Positions 32,884 through 43,285 of a stretch of 64,000 bases of DNA are shown one piece after another (position 1 is the stretch's first letter; the number at the start of each line of letters is the position of its first letter). This DNA is from an uncultured Chloroflexia bacterium (lineage in GTDB: Bacteria; Chloroflexota; Limnocylindria; Limnocylindrales; CSP1-4), in assembly GCA_963766735.1 (NCBI GenBank), contig CAVYBU010000019.1, forward strand, positions 32,001 through 96,000. Direction: 5' to 3'. The notes under the pieces are model-generated. The model was given only the letters and a program-made list of their open reading frames with translations, was not told the DNA's origin and ran no database searches. The translations under genes and the position numbers were made by a program.

Positions 32884-34031
32884 CGTCGACAACGCCGGCG
32901 ACGGCCCCGCTCGACGGGACGCAGCCCACGGTGGCGCCGCCCGCAGAGGCCGGTGCCGCCGGCCAGCCCACGATCTCGGTTCGCGGCCTGTGGAAGATCT
33001 TCGGCCCGTCGGAGCATCGGATCATCGGCACGCCGCTCGCGGAGCTGAGCCCCGACGAGCTCCGCACGGCCGCGGACTCGAACGTCGCGGTGCGCGACGT
33101 CTCCTTTGACGTCCAGCCCGGCGAGGTGTTCGTCGTCATGGGCCTCTCCGGCAGCGGCAAGTCCACGCTGATCCGGTGCCTGACCCGCCTCATCGAGCCC
33201 ACGGCAGGCGAGGTGCTGCTCGACGGCGAGGACATCGGGCAGGCCGACGACAAGCGCCTGCGCGAGCTCCGGCGACGACGGTTCTCCATGGTCTTCCAGC
33301 ACTTCGGGCTGCTGCCGCACCGCCGGGTCATCGACAACATCGCCTTCGGTCTCGAGGTCCGCGGCGAGCGCAAGGCCGAACGACGGGAGCGGGCCCGGGA
33401 GATGCTGGCCCTGGTCGGCCTCGAGGGCCTGGGCGACAGCTACCCCGAGCAGCTGTCGGGCGGCATGCAGCAGCGCGTCGGGCTGGCGCGCGCCCTCGCC
33501 GTCGACCCCGAGGTGATGCTGTTCGACGAGCCGTTCAGCGCGCTCGACCCGCTGATCCGGCGCGACATGCAGAACGAGGTGATCCGGCTCCACAACGAGG
33601 TGGGGAAGACGATGATCTTCATCACCCACGACCTGTCCGAGGCCCTCAAGCTGGGCGACCACGTCGCGATCATGCGGGCGGGCGAGATCGTCCAGATCGG
33701 CCGGCCGGAGGAGATCGTCGGCGCGCCGTCGGACGACTACGTCACCGACTTCGTGAGCGACGTCCCCAAGTCACACGTGCTCACGCTTCGCTGGATCATG
33801 CGCGACCCGCGGCCGGACGACCCACTCGACGGTCCGGTGCTCCCCTCGGACACGATCATCCGATCGGCCGTCCACGTCTCCGTCGCGACCGACAAGCCGA
33901 TCTGCGTGGTCGATGACGGCCGGCTGCTGGGGGTCGTGGACCGCCTCCAGATCCTGACCGCGATCGCCGGCGCCGAGGACTTCCGCGTCGAGGGGTCCGG
34001 GGTCGAGGACCTCGGCACCGAGAAGGCCTGA
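32880..34031 (+). CDS. proV: Glycine betaine/choline ABC transporter ATP-binding subunit (ProV/OpuAA)
   Basis: [41 protein letters not shown]. Confidence 0.92.
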   Translation: MTSTTPATAPLDGTQPTVAPPAEAGAAGQPTISVRGLWKIFGPSEHRIIGTPLAELSPDELRTAADSNVAVRDVSFDVQPGEVFVVMGLSGSGKSTLIRCLTRLIEPTAGEVLLDGEDIGQADDKRLRELRRRRFSMVFQHFGLLPHRRVIDNIAFGLEVRGERKAERRERAREMLALVGLEGLGDSYPEQLSGGMQQRVGLARALAVDPEVMLFDEPFSALDPLIRRDMQNEVIRLHNEVGKTMIFITHDLSEALKLGDHVAIMRAGEIVQIGRPEEIVGAPSDDYVTDFVSDVPKSHVLTLRWIMRDPRPDDPLDGPVLPSDTIIRSAVHVSVATDKPICVVDDGRLLGVVDRLQILTAIAGAEDFRVEGSGVEDLGTEKA

Positions 34032-34032
34032 G

Positions 34033-35997
34033 GTGGCCGTCACGAGCGCAGCAGCGACAACCCGGCTCCGGACCGTACCCCGGTTCGCCTGGGCCCTGGT
34101 GCTGGCGGCCGTCGTCGGGGTGCTCTACCTCCTCTTTGCGAACCAGTTCCTGCTCCCGCACGACAACGACGCCCCGCTGTTCGGGAGCATCCGCGACATC
34201 CGCGAGTGGATCGACACCAACCGGAACTCGAACGTCATCCTGTCCGTGCTGGTGACCGGCGTCCGGGTGGGGGTCAGGGGCCTGTTCGACTTCTTCGACT
34301 TCGTCCTCAAGGCGATCAGCTGGCCTGCCCTGACCGTGATCGGCGCCGCCGTGGGGTTCGTCGTCGGCGGCTGGCGCCTCGCCCTTCTCATGGCCGCCGG
34401 GTTCCTCGCGTTCGGGATCCTCGGATTCTGGGAGCGGAGCGTCGAGACGCTCGCCCTGACCCTGGCCGCGGTGTCGCTCTCGCTCCTGATCGGGATCCCG
34501 CTCGGGATCGTCGCCGGCCGCAACGACCGGTTCATGGACGCCATCCGGCCGGTGCTCGACGTCATGCAGATCATGCCCACGTTCTCCTACCTGGCGCCGA
34601 TCGCACTGTTCTTCCTCATCGGGCCGGCGACGGCCGTGATCGCGACGCTGATCTACTCCATCCCGCCGGCCATCCGGATCACCGCCCTCGGCATCCGTGG
34701 CGTCGCCCCGGCTTCCATGGAAGCGGCGACCTCGCTGGGGGCGACGAGACGCCAGCTCCTGACCAAGGTCCAGCTGCCGATGGCCAGGCGGACGATCATC
34801 CTGGGCGTCAACCAGGTGATCATGATGGCCCTCTCGATGGTCGTGATCACAGCCCTCGTCAACGCACCCGGGCTGGGCAAGGACATCATCCACGCCCTGC
34901 AGCAGGCCGACGTCGGGCTGGCCCTCGAGGCCGGGCTTGCGGTCGTCGTGATGGCGATCATGCTCGACCGCCTGACGACCCAGGCGAGCGAGCGCCTCGA
35001 TCCGGCCCGGGGCCGGGTGCGCACGCTGCTGGGGTCTGGGAAGCCGTGGATCCGCTGGGCGTTCGTGGCCGGCACGGTCGCGGCCATCGTCCTGGCCACG
35101 GCCCTCGTCGGCAACGCGGACTTCCCGTCCGGGCTCCGCATCTCGTTCCGGGGTCCGGTCAACGACGCGGTCACATGGTTCGCATCCAGCTTCTACTTCG
35201 CGACCGACTGGATCAGGGACGCGGTGACATACACCCTGATCAACCCGATCGAGGGGTTCCTGGCCAGCTCGCCGTGGTGGCTCGTGGCGATCGTGGTCAT
35301 CGGCCTGGCGTTCATCCTCGCCGGGCGACGGCAGGCCGTGACGGCCGGGCTCTGCCTGGTTCTCATCCTGGCCCTCCAGGTGTGGGAGCACAGCATGATC
35401 ACCCTGGCCCAGGTCCTCCTCGCCACCGCGATCACGCTCAGCGCCGGGTTCGTGCTCGGGATCCTCTCGGCGCGAAGCGACCGGTTCTCGATGGCGCTGC
35501 GGCCGATCCTCGACGCGGCGCAGACAATGCCGGCCTTCGTCTACCTGATCCCGTCGCTCGCGCTCTTCGGGCCAACCCGCTTCACGGCCATCATCGCCGC
35601 CGTCGTCTACGCCGTGCCGCCCGTCATCCGCCTCGCGGAGGTCGGGATCCGCACGGTCCCGGCGACGATCCGGGAGGCTGCGGTGTCGGCCGGCGCAACC
35701 CCCCGCCAGGTGCTGTGGAAGGTCGACCTGCCGCTGGCCCGTCCGGCGCTCATGGTTGCCATCAACCAGGGGATCATCATGGTCCTGGCGATGGTCGTCG
35801 TCGGCGGGCTGGTGGGCAGCGGCGGACTCGGCTTCGACGTGGTCAAGGGCTTCGTTCGCCAGGACTGGTTCGGCCAGGGGCTGGCGGCCGGGCTGGCGAT
35901 CGTGCTCCTGGGCATCCTGCTCGACCGCGTGACCCAGGGTGCCGGCATGCGGAGCGCCAACCGGATCGAAGGAGCGCTGCCAAAAGCCGCTGCATGA
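34033..35997 (+). CDS. proW: Quaternary-amine ABC permease with two fused ProW-type domains
   Basis: Two repeats: RPVLDVMQIMP...EAATSLGA and RPILDAAQTMP...EAAVSAGA. Confidence 0.9.
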   Translation: MAVTSAAATTRLRTVPRFAWALVLAAVVGVLYLLFANQFLLPHDNDAPLFGSIRDIREWIDTNRNSNVILSVLVTGVRVGVRGLFDFFDFVLKAISWPALTVIGAAVGFVVGGWRLALLMAAGFLAFGILGFWERSVETLALTLAAVSLSLLIGIPLGIVAGRNDRFMDAIRPVLDVMQIMPTFSYLAPIALFFLIGPATAVIATLIYSIPPAIRITALGIRGVAPASMEAATSLGATRRQLLTKVQLPMARRTIILGVNQVIMMALSMVVITALVNAPGLGKDIIHALQQADVGLALEAGLAVVVMAIMLDRLTTQASERLDPARGRVRTLLGSGKPWIRWAFVAGTVAAIVLATALVGNADFPSGLRISFRGPVNDAVTWFASSFYFATDWIRDAVTYTLINPIEGFLASSPWWLVAIVVIGLAFILAGRRQAVTAGLCLVLILALQVWEHSMITLAQVLLATAITLSAGFVLGILSARSDRFSMALRPILDAAQTMPAFVYLIPSLALFGPTRFTAIIAAVVYAVPPVIRLAEVGIRTVPATIREAAVSAGATPRQVLWKVDLPLARPALMVAINQGIIMVLAMVVVGGLVGSGGLGFDVVKGFVRQDWFGQGLAAGLAIVLLGILLDRVTQGAGMRSANRIEGALPKAAA

Positions 35998-36091
35998 GTT
36001 GGCCGTGGGGTGCATCCTTCCCGGATTGCCCGACGATTCAGGCATAGGCGCAGACGCGGGTCCGCGCCGATCCATTGGAGGAGGAGAGCCA

Positions 36092-37039
36092 GTGAAGTTC
36101 GCAACAGCACGATCCCGCCTGGTGGTCGCCATGGTCGCGCTCGGCGTGATCGCGGCGGCATGCGGAGGGTCTTCCGACGGAGGATCCGGGGAGAGCAAGG
36201 GGACGGTGAACATCGCCGTCAACCCGTGGGTCGGCTATCGCGCCGATGCCGCTGTGGTGGCCTACCTGCTCGAGAACGAGATGGGCTACACGGTCAAGCT
36301 GTCCGATCTCGCGGAGGACGTCTCCTGGGCGGGCTTCGAGAACGGGGCGGTGGACGTCATCCTCGAGAACTGGGGCCACCCCGACTTCGAGGCGAAGTAC
36401 ATCGACGAGCTGCAGGTTGCCATGGACGCTGGCTCGACCGGCAACGAGGGCGTCATCTTCTGGGGCGTGCCGAAGTGGATGGTCGACCAGTACCCCGACA
36501 TCACGGAGTACAGCAACCTGAACAAGTACGCGGAGCTGTTCAAGACCTCCGAGTCCGGTGACCTCGGCCAGTTCCTGGGGACTGACCCGTCGTACCTCCA
36601 GTACGACGAGGCGCTCGTCAAGAACCTGGGCCTGGACTTCAAGGTCATCTTCTCCGGCAGCGAGACGGCGACGGTGCAGGCGATCAAGACCGCCGACGAG
36701 CAGAAGAAGCCGCTCCTGATGTACTGGTGGGACCCCCACTGGCTGAACTCCCAGGTCGACATCGTCAAGGTCAACCTGCCGCCCTACACCGAGGGCTGCG
36801 ACGCGGACACCGAGAAGGTCGCCTGCGACTACCCGGTCACCGACCTCAACAAGATCATCGGGACCAAGTTCAACAACGAGGGCGGCGACGCGGCGACGTT
36901 CATCAAGAACTTCAAGTGGACCAACGCGGACCAGAACTCGGTCGCCAACGACATCACGAACAACGGCATGACCGACGCAGAGGCTGCCAAGAAGTGGGTT
37001 GACGCCAACCCCGACACCTGGAAGGCCTGGATTCCCTGA
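36092..37039 (+). CDS. proX: Glycine betaine/choline-type ABC substrate-binding lipoprotein (ProX/OpuAC family)
   Basis: Lipobox AAAC, NPWVG, ENWGH, YWWDPHW. SD GGAGGAG before the GTG start. Confidence 0.88.
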   Translation: MKFATARSRLVVAMVALGVIAAACGGSSDGGSGESKGTVNIAVNPWVGYRADAAVVAYLLENEMGYTVKLSDLAEDVSWAGFENGAVDVILENWGHPDFEAKYIDELQVAMDAGSTGNEGVIFWGVPKWMVDQYPDITEYSNLNKYAELFKTSESGDLGQFLGTDPSYLQYDEALVKNLGLDFKVIFSGSETATVQAIKTADEQKKPLLMYWWDPHWLNSQVDIVKVNLPPYTEGCDADTEKVACDYPVTDLNKIIGTKFNNEGGDAATFIKNFKWTNADQNSVANDITNNGMTDAEAAKKWVDANPDTWKAWIP

Positions 37040-37053
37040 CCCCACGCCAACCG

Positions 37054-37095
37054 ATGGCCCGGGCCCGCTTCGGCGGCCCGGGCCGTTTCTCGTTT
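37054..37095 (+). terminator. Intrinsic terminator after proX
   Basis: ggcccgggc-c-cgc TTCG gcg-gcccgggcc stem-loop followed by gtttctcgttt. Confidence 0.75.
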
Positions 37096-37187
37096 CGGGC
37101 GGGATTTCGCGGCGAACACGGCGGGGGCGAAGGACACGGCCGCATGGAGGCCCGCGGCGCGACCACGTGCGCTGCTAGCATCGTTCC

Positions 37188-38846
37188 ATGAGCAGTACGA
37201 AGCACGACTTCATCATCATCGGCGGCGGCTCCGCCGGCAGCGTGCTGGCCAACAGGCTGAGCGCGGCACCAGCCAACCGCGTCCTGGTCCTCGAGGCGGG
37301 TCGCCCCGACTACCGGTGGGACGCCTTCGTGCAGATGCCGGCGGCGCTCACCTTCCCGATCGGCAGCAAGTACTACGACTGGAAATACGAGTCGGAGCCC
37401 GAGCCGTTCATGAACGGCCGCCGGATCTACCACGCCCGCGGCAAGATCCTGGGCGGCTCATCCAGCATCAACGGCATGATCTTCCAGCGCGGCAACCCGA
37501 TGGACTACGAGCGCTGGGCCGGCGACCCGGGCATGGAGACCTGGGACCACGCCCACTGCCTGCCGTACTTCCGCCGCATGGAGAGCTGCATGGCGGCGGA
37601 TCTCGACGATCCGTTCCGGGGTCACGCGGGGCCTCTGGTCCTTGAGCGTGGCCCGGCCACCAACCCGCTGTTCGGCGCCTTCTTCGAGGCGGTCAAGCAG
37701 GCCGGCTACCAGCTGACGGACGACGTCAACGGCTACCGCCAGGAGGGCTTCGCGCCGTTCGACCGGAACATCCAGAACGGCCGTCGCCTGAGCGCCTCGC
37801 GGGCCTACCTGCACCCGGTGATGGGCCGCCCGAACCTGGAGGTCCGCACCCGCGCGTTCGTCACCCGGATCCTGTTCGAGGGCAAGCGAGCGACGGGCGT
37901 CGAGTACACGACCGCCAAGGGCAAGGTCCACCGGGTCCACGGCGGGACCATCGTGCTGGCCGGCGGGGCGATCAACTCGCCGCAGCTCCTCCAGCTGTCC
38001 GGGGTCGGCAACGCGGATGAGCTCAAGGCGCTCGGCATCAACCCCGTCCACGACCTTCCCGGCGTCGGCGAGCACCTCCAGGACCACCTCGAGGTCTACG
38101 TCCAGTACGGCTCCAAGCTTCCGGTGTCGATGCAGCCCTCCCTGCAGAAGTGGCGCCGGCCCTTCATCGGCGCCCAGTGGCTGTTCCTGCGCTCGGGTCC
38201 CGGCGCCACCAACCACTTCGAGGGCGGCGGCTTCGCACGCAGCAACGACGAGGTCGCCTACCCCAACCTCATGTTCCACTTCCTGCCGCTCGCCATCCGC
38301 TACGACGGATCGGCGCCGGCCGGCGACCACGGCTACCAGGTCCACATCGGCCCGATGTACTCGGACGCCCGCGGCTCGGTGAAGATCACGAGCACGGACC
38401 CCACCGTGCACCCGGCGCTGCGGTTCAACTACCTGTCCACCGAGCAGGATCGCCGCGAATGGGTGGAGGCCATCCACGTCGCCCGCAACATCCTGGGCCA
38501 GAAGGCGTTCGAGCCGTTCAACGCCGGCGAGGTCTCGCCGGGGCCGTCGGTCACCACGGATGCGGAGATCCTGGACTGGGTGGCTCGCGACGGCGAGACC
38601 GCTCTCCACCCGTCCTGCAGCTGCCGGATGGGCACCGACGGAGAGTCGGTCGTGGACCCGCTCACGATGGGTGTGCACGGGGTCGAGGGTCTCAAGGTGG
38701 TGGACGCGTCGGCGATGCCGTACGTCACCAACGGCAACATCTACGCGCCGGTGATGATGCTGGCCGAGAAGGCCGCGGACCTGGTCCTGGGCGACACGCC
38801 GCTGGCGCCCGAGCCGGTCGAGTTCTACCGGCACCAGCCCGCCTGA
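37188..38846 (+). CDS. betA: Choline dehydrogenase (GMC oxidoreductase)
   Basis: [52 protein letters not shown]. Confidence 0.9.
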   Translation: MSSTKHDFIIIGGGSAGSVLANRLSAAPANRVLVLEAGRPDYRWDAFVQMPAALTFPIGSKYYDWKYESEPEPFMNGRRIYHARGKILGGSSSINGMIFQRGNPMDYERWAGDPGMETWDHAHCLPYFRRMESCMAADLDDPFRGHAGPLVLERGPATNPLFGAFFEAVKQAGYQLTDDVNGYRQEGFAPFDRNIQNGRRLSASRAYLHPVMGRPNLEVRTRAFVTRILFEGKRATGVEYTTAKGKVHRVHGGTIVLAGGAINSPQLLQLSGVGNADELKALGINPVHDLPGVGEHLQDHLEVYVQYGSKLPVSMQPSLQKWRRPFIGAQWLFLRSGPGATNHFEGGGFARSNDEVAYPNLMFHFLPLAIRYDGSAPAGDHGYQVHIGPMYSDARGSVKITSTDPTVHPALRFNYLSTEQDRREWVEAIHVARNILGQKAFEPFNAGEVSPGPSVTTDAEILDWVARDGETALHPSCSCRMGTDGESVVDPLTMGVHGVEGLKVVDASAMPYVTNGNIYAPVMMLAEKAADLVLGDTPLAPEPVEFYRHQPA

Positions 38847-38858
38847 CCGGAGGCAGGC

Positions 38859-39332
38859 TTGTCCGTGACGGCTGACGTGGACCAGGCTCGACGGAGGCTG
38901 CTCGCGCGCCTGGCTGCCGGCCCGTCCCGGGTGGCCTCAGCGACCCAGCGGGTGGCAGCGGCCGAGGCGGGTGCGGGTGCGCCTCCCGGAGAGTGGACGG
39001 CCCGCGAGGTCGTGGCGCACCTGGCGGCCGTGGAGGCCGACGTGTTCCAGGCGCGTCTGGACCAGCTGGCGTCTGAAGCGGCTCCCGTGTGGGCGTGGAC
39101 CGAGCCGGGTCCGCTCGACACCGCGGAAACCGCGACGCTGGACGGCGCCCTCGAGACATTCGCCGCGCGGCGGTCCGGGACCCTGGCCCGCGTCACCGGC
39201 CTGGATGAGGCCGGCTGGTCACGGACCGGCACGCACGCGACCTATGGCCGGCTCGACGTCGCTGGCCTGCTGGGCGTCATCGTGGATCACGATGACGAGC
39301 ACCTCTCCGCCCTCAAGGCACGCGCCGGCTGA
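38859..39332 (+). CDS. DinB/YfiT-like protein
   Basis: WTAREVVAHL...HDDEH metal-binding His pattern. Confidence 0.78.
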   Translation: MSVTADVDQARRRLLARLAAGPSRVASATQRVAAAEAGAGAPPGEWTAREVVAHLAAVEADVFQARLDQLASEAAPVWAWTEPGPLDTAETATLDGALETFAARRSGTLARVTGLDEAGWSRTGTHATYGRLDVAGLLGVIVDHDDEHLSALKARAG

Positions 39333-39446
39333 GCAGCGGGCCGGGACGCGGGGGCGCATGCGCCCCGCGCATACTCGGCGCAGGACAGCGTCCGGGGCGC
39401 CGGGCCCCGGGGCACTGCGGGTGGTCACGAACTCGGGAGGTGGGTC

Positions 39447-40604
39447 ATGGCAACCGAACAGGAAGTGATCAGGCGCCAGACGATCCTCCGCCCCGACCGC
39501 TTCGACCTGGACGGCCACACGGCGACGATGAAGGCGGTCGTGACCGTGGGCAACGGCGGCGTGGACAAGCTCGTCTACCGCGATGTCCCCCGGCCGGTGC
39601 CGGGTCCCGGCGAGGTCCTGTTGCAGGTGCTGGCCGCAGGCGTCAACAACACCGAGATCAACACGCGCCTGGGCTGGTACTCATCGACGGTCACGGCCGA
39701 CACGCGGGCAGCCGCGGAATCCGAGGAGCGGGAGGCACGCGCCAAGGACGACGGCGGCTGGAGCGCGCCGACGCCGTTCCCCTTCATCCAGGGCACGGAC
39801 TGCTGCGGACGGGTCGTCGAGGTTGGAGCCGGGGGTGACGAGTCGATCATCGGCCGTCGCGTGCTCGTCCGTCCCTGCATGCGGCCGGCCGGGTTCGTCT
39901 CCCTGGAGAACATCTGGATGGCCTCGGACTTCGACGGCGCGTTCGCCCAGTTCGTGAAGGTGCCTGCGTCCGAGGTGTTCACCGTCGACTGCGACTGGAG
40001 CGACGTGGAGCTGGGCTCGATCCCGTGCGCCTGGGGGACCGCCGAGAACATGCTCCACCGGGCGGGCGTGCGCGATGGACACCACGTGGTCGTGACGGGC
40101 GCCTCGGGTGGCGTGGGCTCGGCCGCCGTGCAGCTCGCGAAGCGGCGCGGTGCGACGGTGACGGCAATTGCGGCGAGTGCGAAGGCGGACCGGGTGCTGG
40201 GCATCGGTGCCGACCGCGTGGTCGCCCGCGACGACGACATCGCAGGCGTCCTGGGGACGGAGTCCGTGGACGTCGTGATCGACAACGTGTCCGGGCCGGG
40301 CTTCGGGAACCTGCTCGACGTCCTGCGGACAGGTGGCAGGTACGCGTCGTCGGGGGCCATCGCGGGACCGCTGGTCGCGTTCGACAAGCGAACCTTCTAT
40401 CTCCGGGACCTGACGCTCATCGGCTGCACGGCATGGGACGAGCCAGTGTTCCCGGCTCTCGTCTCCTACATCGAGCGCAGCGAGATCAGGCCGCTGGTCG
40501 CGAAGACCTTCCCGCTCGAGCGCATCGCGGACGCCCAGCGGGAGTTCCTCGAGAAGCGGCACGTCGGCAACTTCGTCCTGGTCCCGCCACCCGTCGCGGG
40601 CTGA
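39447..40604 (+). CDS. Medium-chain (MDR/QOR-like) dehydrogenase/reductase
   Basis: GVNNTEINTR, IQGTDCCG, GASGGVG, FPLERIADAQ. Confidence 0.85.
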   Translation: MATEQEVIRRQTILRPDRFDLDGHTATMKAVVTVGNGGVDKLVYRDVPRPVPGPGEVLLQVLAAGVNNTEINTRLGWYSSTVTADTRAAAESEEREARAKDDGGWSAPTPFPFIQGTDCCGRVVEVGAGGDESIIGRRVLVRPCMRPAGFVSLENIWMASDFDGAFAQFVKVPASEVFTVDCDWSDVELGSIPCAWGTAENMLHRAGVRDGHHVVVTGASGGVGSAAVQLAKRRGATVTAIAASAKADRVLGIGADRVVARDDDIAGVLGTESVDVVIDNVSGPGFGNLLDVLRTGGRYASSGAIAGPLVAFDKRTFYLRDLTLIGCTAWDEPVFPALVSYIERSEIRPLVAKTFPLERIADAQREFLEKRHVGNFVLVPPPVAG

Positions 40605-40607
40605 AAC

Positions 40608-43122
40608 TCAGGCCCGCATCCGCTCGTTGTCCGGGTCGAAGAGCGGCGTCGACCCGACCACGGCGACCGTCACCGGGTAGCGCTCGCCCAGGTACTGCAC
40701 CGCGAGCCCGGTTCCCTCGACCGCCAGCTCCACGGGCAGGTACGCCATCAGGAGGTACCTGCCCAACGACGGAGCGTGACCCGCGCTGGTCACGTACGAA
40801 CGTCGGCCACGGGCGTCCTCGACGGGGCGCCCATCTCGCGTGAGGATGGGCTCCCGGCCCAGCATGTAGCGCGCGACCCCTGAGGCCGACGTGTGGTCGT
40901 CCACCGTGAGCGTGCACAGGAGCGCGGTCGGCGGCTCCGAGCGCTGGCGGAGGTACGCCGCCTTGCCGATGAAGTCCGCCTCCTTGACCTTCGGGCGCGT
41001 GAGGCCGGCCTCGACGAGCGAGTGGTCGAGGTCCAGCTCCGCCCCGTAGGCGCGGTAGCCCTTCTCCAGGCGGCCGCTCGAGAAGAGCACGCCCATCCCG
41101 ACCGGGATGGCGCCGAACGGCCGTCCCGCAGCCAGAAGCACGTCCCACAGGTGCGCGCCGAGCTCGATCGGCGCGTAGAGCTCCCAGCCCAGCTCGCCCA
41201 CGTAGGAGAGGCGGTTGGCGAGCACCGTGATGCCGCCGATGTCGAGGCTCCGGCAGGCGCCGAACGGGAACGCAGCGTTCGAGACGTCCGCGCTCGTGAC
41301 GGAGGCGAGGATGTCTCGCGCTCGAGGGCCCCACACGCCGACGGCCGTCCAGGCCGAGGTGACGTCCGTGAGCTGCGCGGTGCCGTCCTCCGGCAGCCGG
41401 TCCGTGAACCACTTCTTGTCGCGCATGCCCATCCCGCCGCCGGTGACGACGCGGTACAGGTCCCTTCCGACGTGCATCACAGTCAGGTCGGCGACGATCC
41501 CGCCGTTCTCGTCGAGCAGCGGCGTGTAGACGGTGCGCCCGATCGGCGCCTCCACCCGATTGACGCACAGCCGCTCGAGGAAGGCGAGGCTGCCGGGGCC
41601 GCTCGACGTCGAAGATGGCGAACGTGGTCAGGTCAACGATCCCGGCGCGCTCGCGCAGGGCGAGGTGCTCCGCCAGGGTCACCGGCGACCACCAGCGCGC
41701 CTCCCACTCGGCGGGACGCACGGCGATCCTGTCCCCGTATGCCCCCACGAGCGGTGCGTTCGACTCGTACCACATCGGGCATTCCCAGCCCGCGATCTCG
41801 AAGAACACCGCGTCCAGATCCTGCTCCGCGCGGTACATCGGCGGCAGGCGGACACCGCGGTCGGATGCCCACTGCTCGGCCGGGTGGACGATGCCGTAGA
41901 ACTTGTTGAAGGCCTCGCCCACGCGCGCGATCGAGTGGGACCACGTCCGCTGGTGCGGGTAGAAGCGGGCGATATCGGCGGCGTGGAGGTCGATCTCCAG
42001 GGGCAGCCCGCTCATCCAGCGCGCGACGTTCTCGCAGATCGCCGGTGCCTCCTTGATCCAGACCGCCGCCACCGACCACAGGCCGCCAACCTCGGGCGAC
42101 TCGCCCAGGACCGGGCTCCAGTCGGGCGTCACCGAGAGCAGGCCGTTGATCGCGTACTGCTGACCGACCCGCTCGTCGCCGAGGATCTCCGGGATCAGCT
42201 CCAGTGCGTCCTCGTACTGCGGGTCGAAGTCCTCCTTGGTGAACGGCAGCTCCGTGGGCGACAGGACAGACGCCTCGATCGAAGGGATCTCGTCGGGGTG
42301 GAGGAGGATCGGCCGGTGGGCGTAGGACCCGATCTCCAGCTGGCTCCCGTTCGGCCGCTCGTACATCAGGCTGTCCATGTCGCGCAGGATCGGGTAGGCC
42401 TGCTCGCCGGGAACGTCGGCGAAGCGCGGCACCGGACCGACGCTGATGAACTGGTGAACGGTCGGGACGAGCGGGATGTGCGCGCCGGCCATCGCGGCGA
42501 TCCGCGGGCTCCAGACGCCGCACGCCACCACCACGGTGTCCGTCTCGATGGTGTCCTCCATCGTGTGGACCGCCGCCACGCGCCCGTCTGCCACGTCGAT
42601 GCCCGTGACCTCGGTCCGTGCCCTGATCGACAGGGCGCCCATCTCCACGGCGGCCTCGCGCATGAGCGTGCCCGCCCGGAGCGAGTCCACGACGCCGGCA
42701 CTGGGCGTGTACCAGCCGCCGAGGATCACCGTCTCGTCGAGATAGGGAACGATCTCCTTGACGCGGGCGGGCGCCAGCAGCTCCGACTCGATCCCCCATG
42801 ACGTCGCCAGGCCCTGCCGTCGGGCCAGCTCGGCCATCCGCTCGGGCGTCCGGGCCACCTCCATCCCGCCACACCTGGTGAACACGCCGAGCTCGATGAA
42901 CTGGCGGATCGAATTGACGGTGAGCGTCGATTCCTCCTTCGTTCCGTCAACCGGGAAGCAGAAGTTGGAGGCGTGGCCGGTGGAGCCGCCCGGGTTGGGC
43001 AGCGGGCCCTTGTCCACCAGCACAAGGTCCCGCCAGCCGAGCTTCGCGAGGTGCCAGGCCATGGCGTTGCCGACGATCCCGGCGCCGATGATGACGGCTC
43101 GTGCGCGTGTGACTGAGCCCAT
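40608..43122 (-). CDS. GcvT-family FAD/THF protein, dimethylglycine oxidase-like (frameshift near 41600)
   Basis: GAGIVG, GGSTGHAS, AVWIKE. After a one-base shift at FDV(E/S)-GPGSL the THF domain continues (SYVGELGWEL, RLEKGYR, FDPDNERMRA). Confidence 0.85.
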
Positions 43123-43285
43123 GCCTTGCCCCTCCGTACGTCCGGCGCGTCGCCCGGCAACGGCCGGCACGACCGCCTCGCTGCCCTTCGCCGAGGCTAC
43201 AGTATGGGCACCCTGCCGCCCGGGTCATCGTCCCATCCGACCCGCTCGCCCGGGGACCATCGTCACCGGTGTGAAGGGTTGCCCC

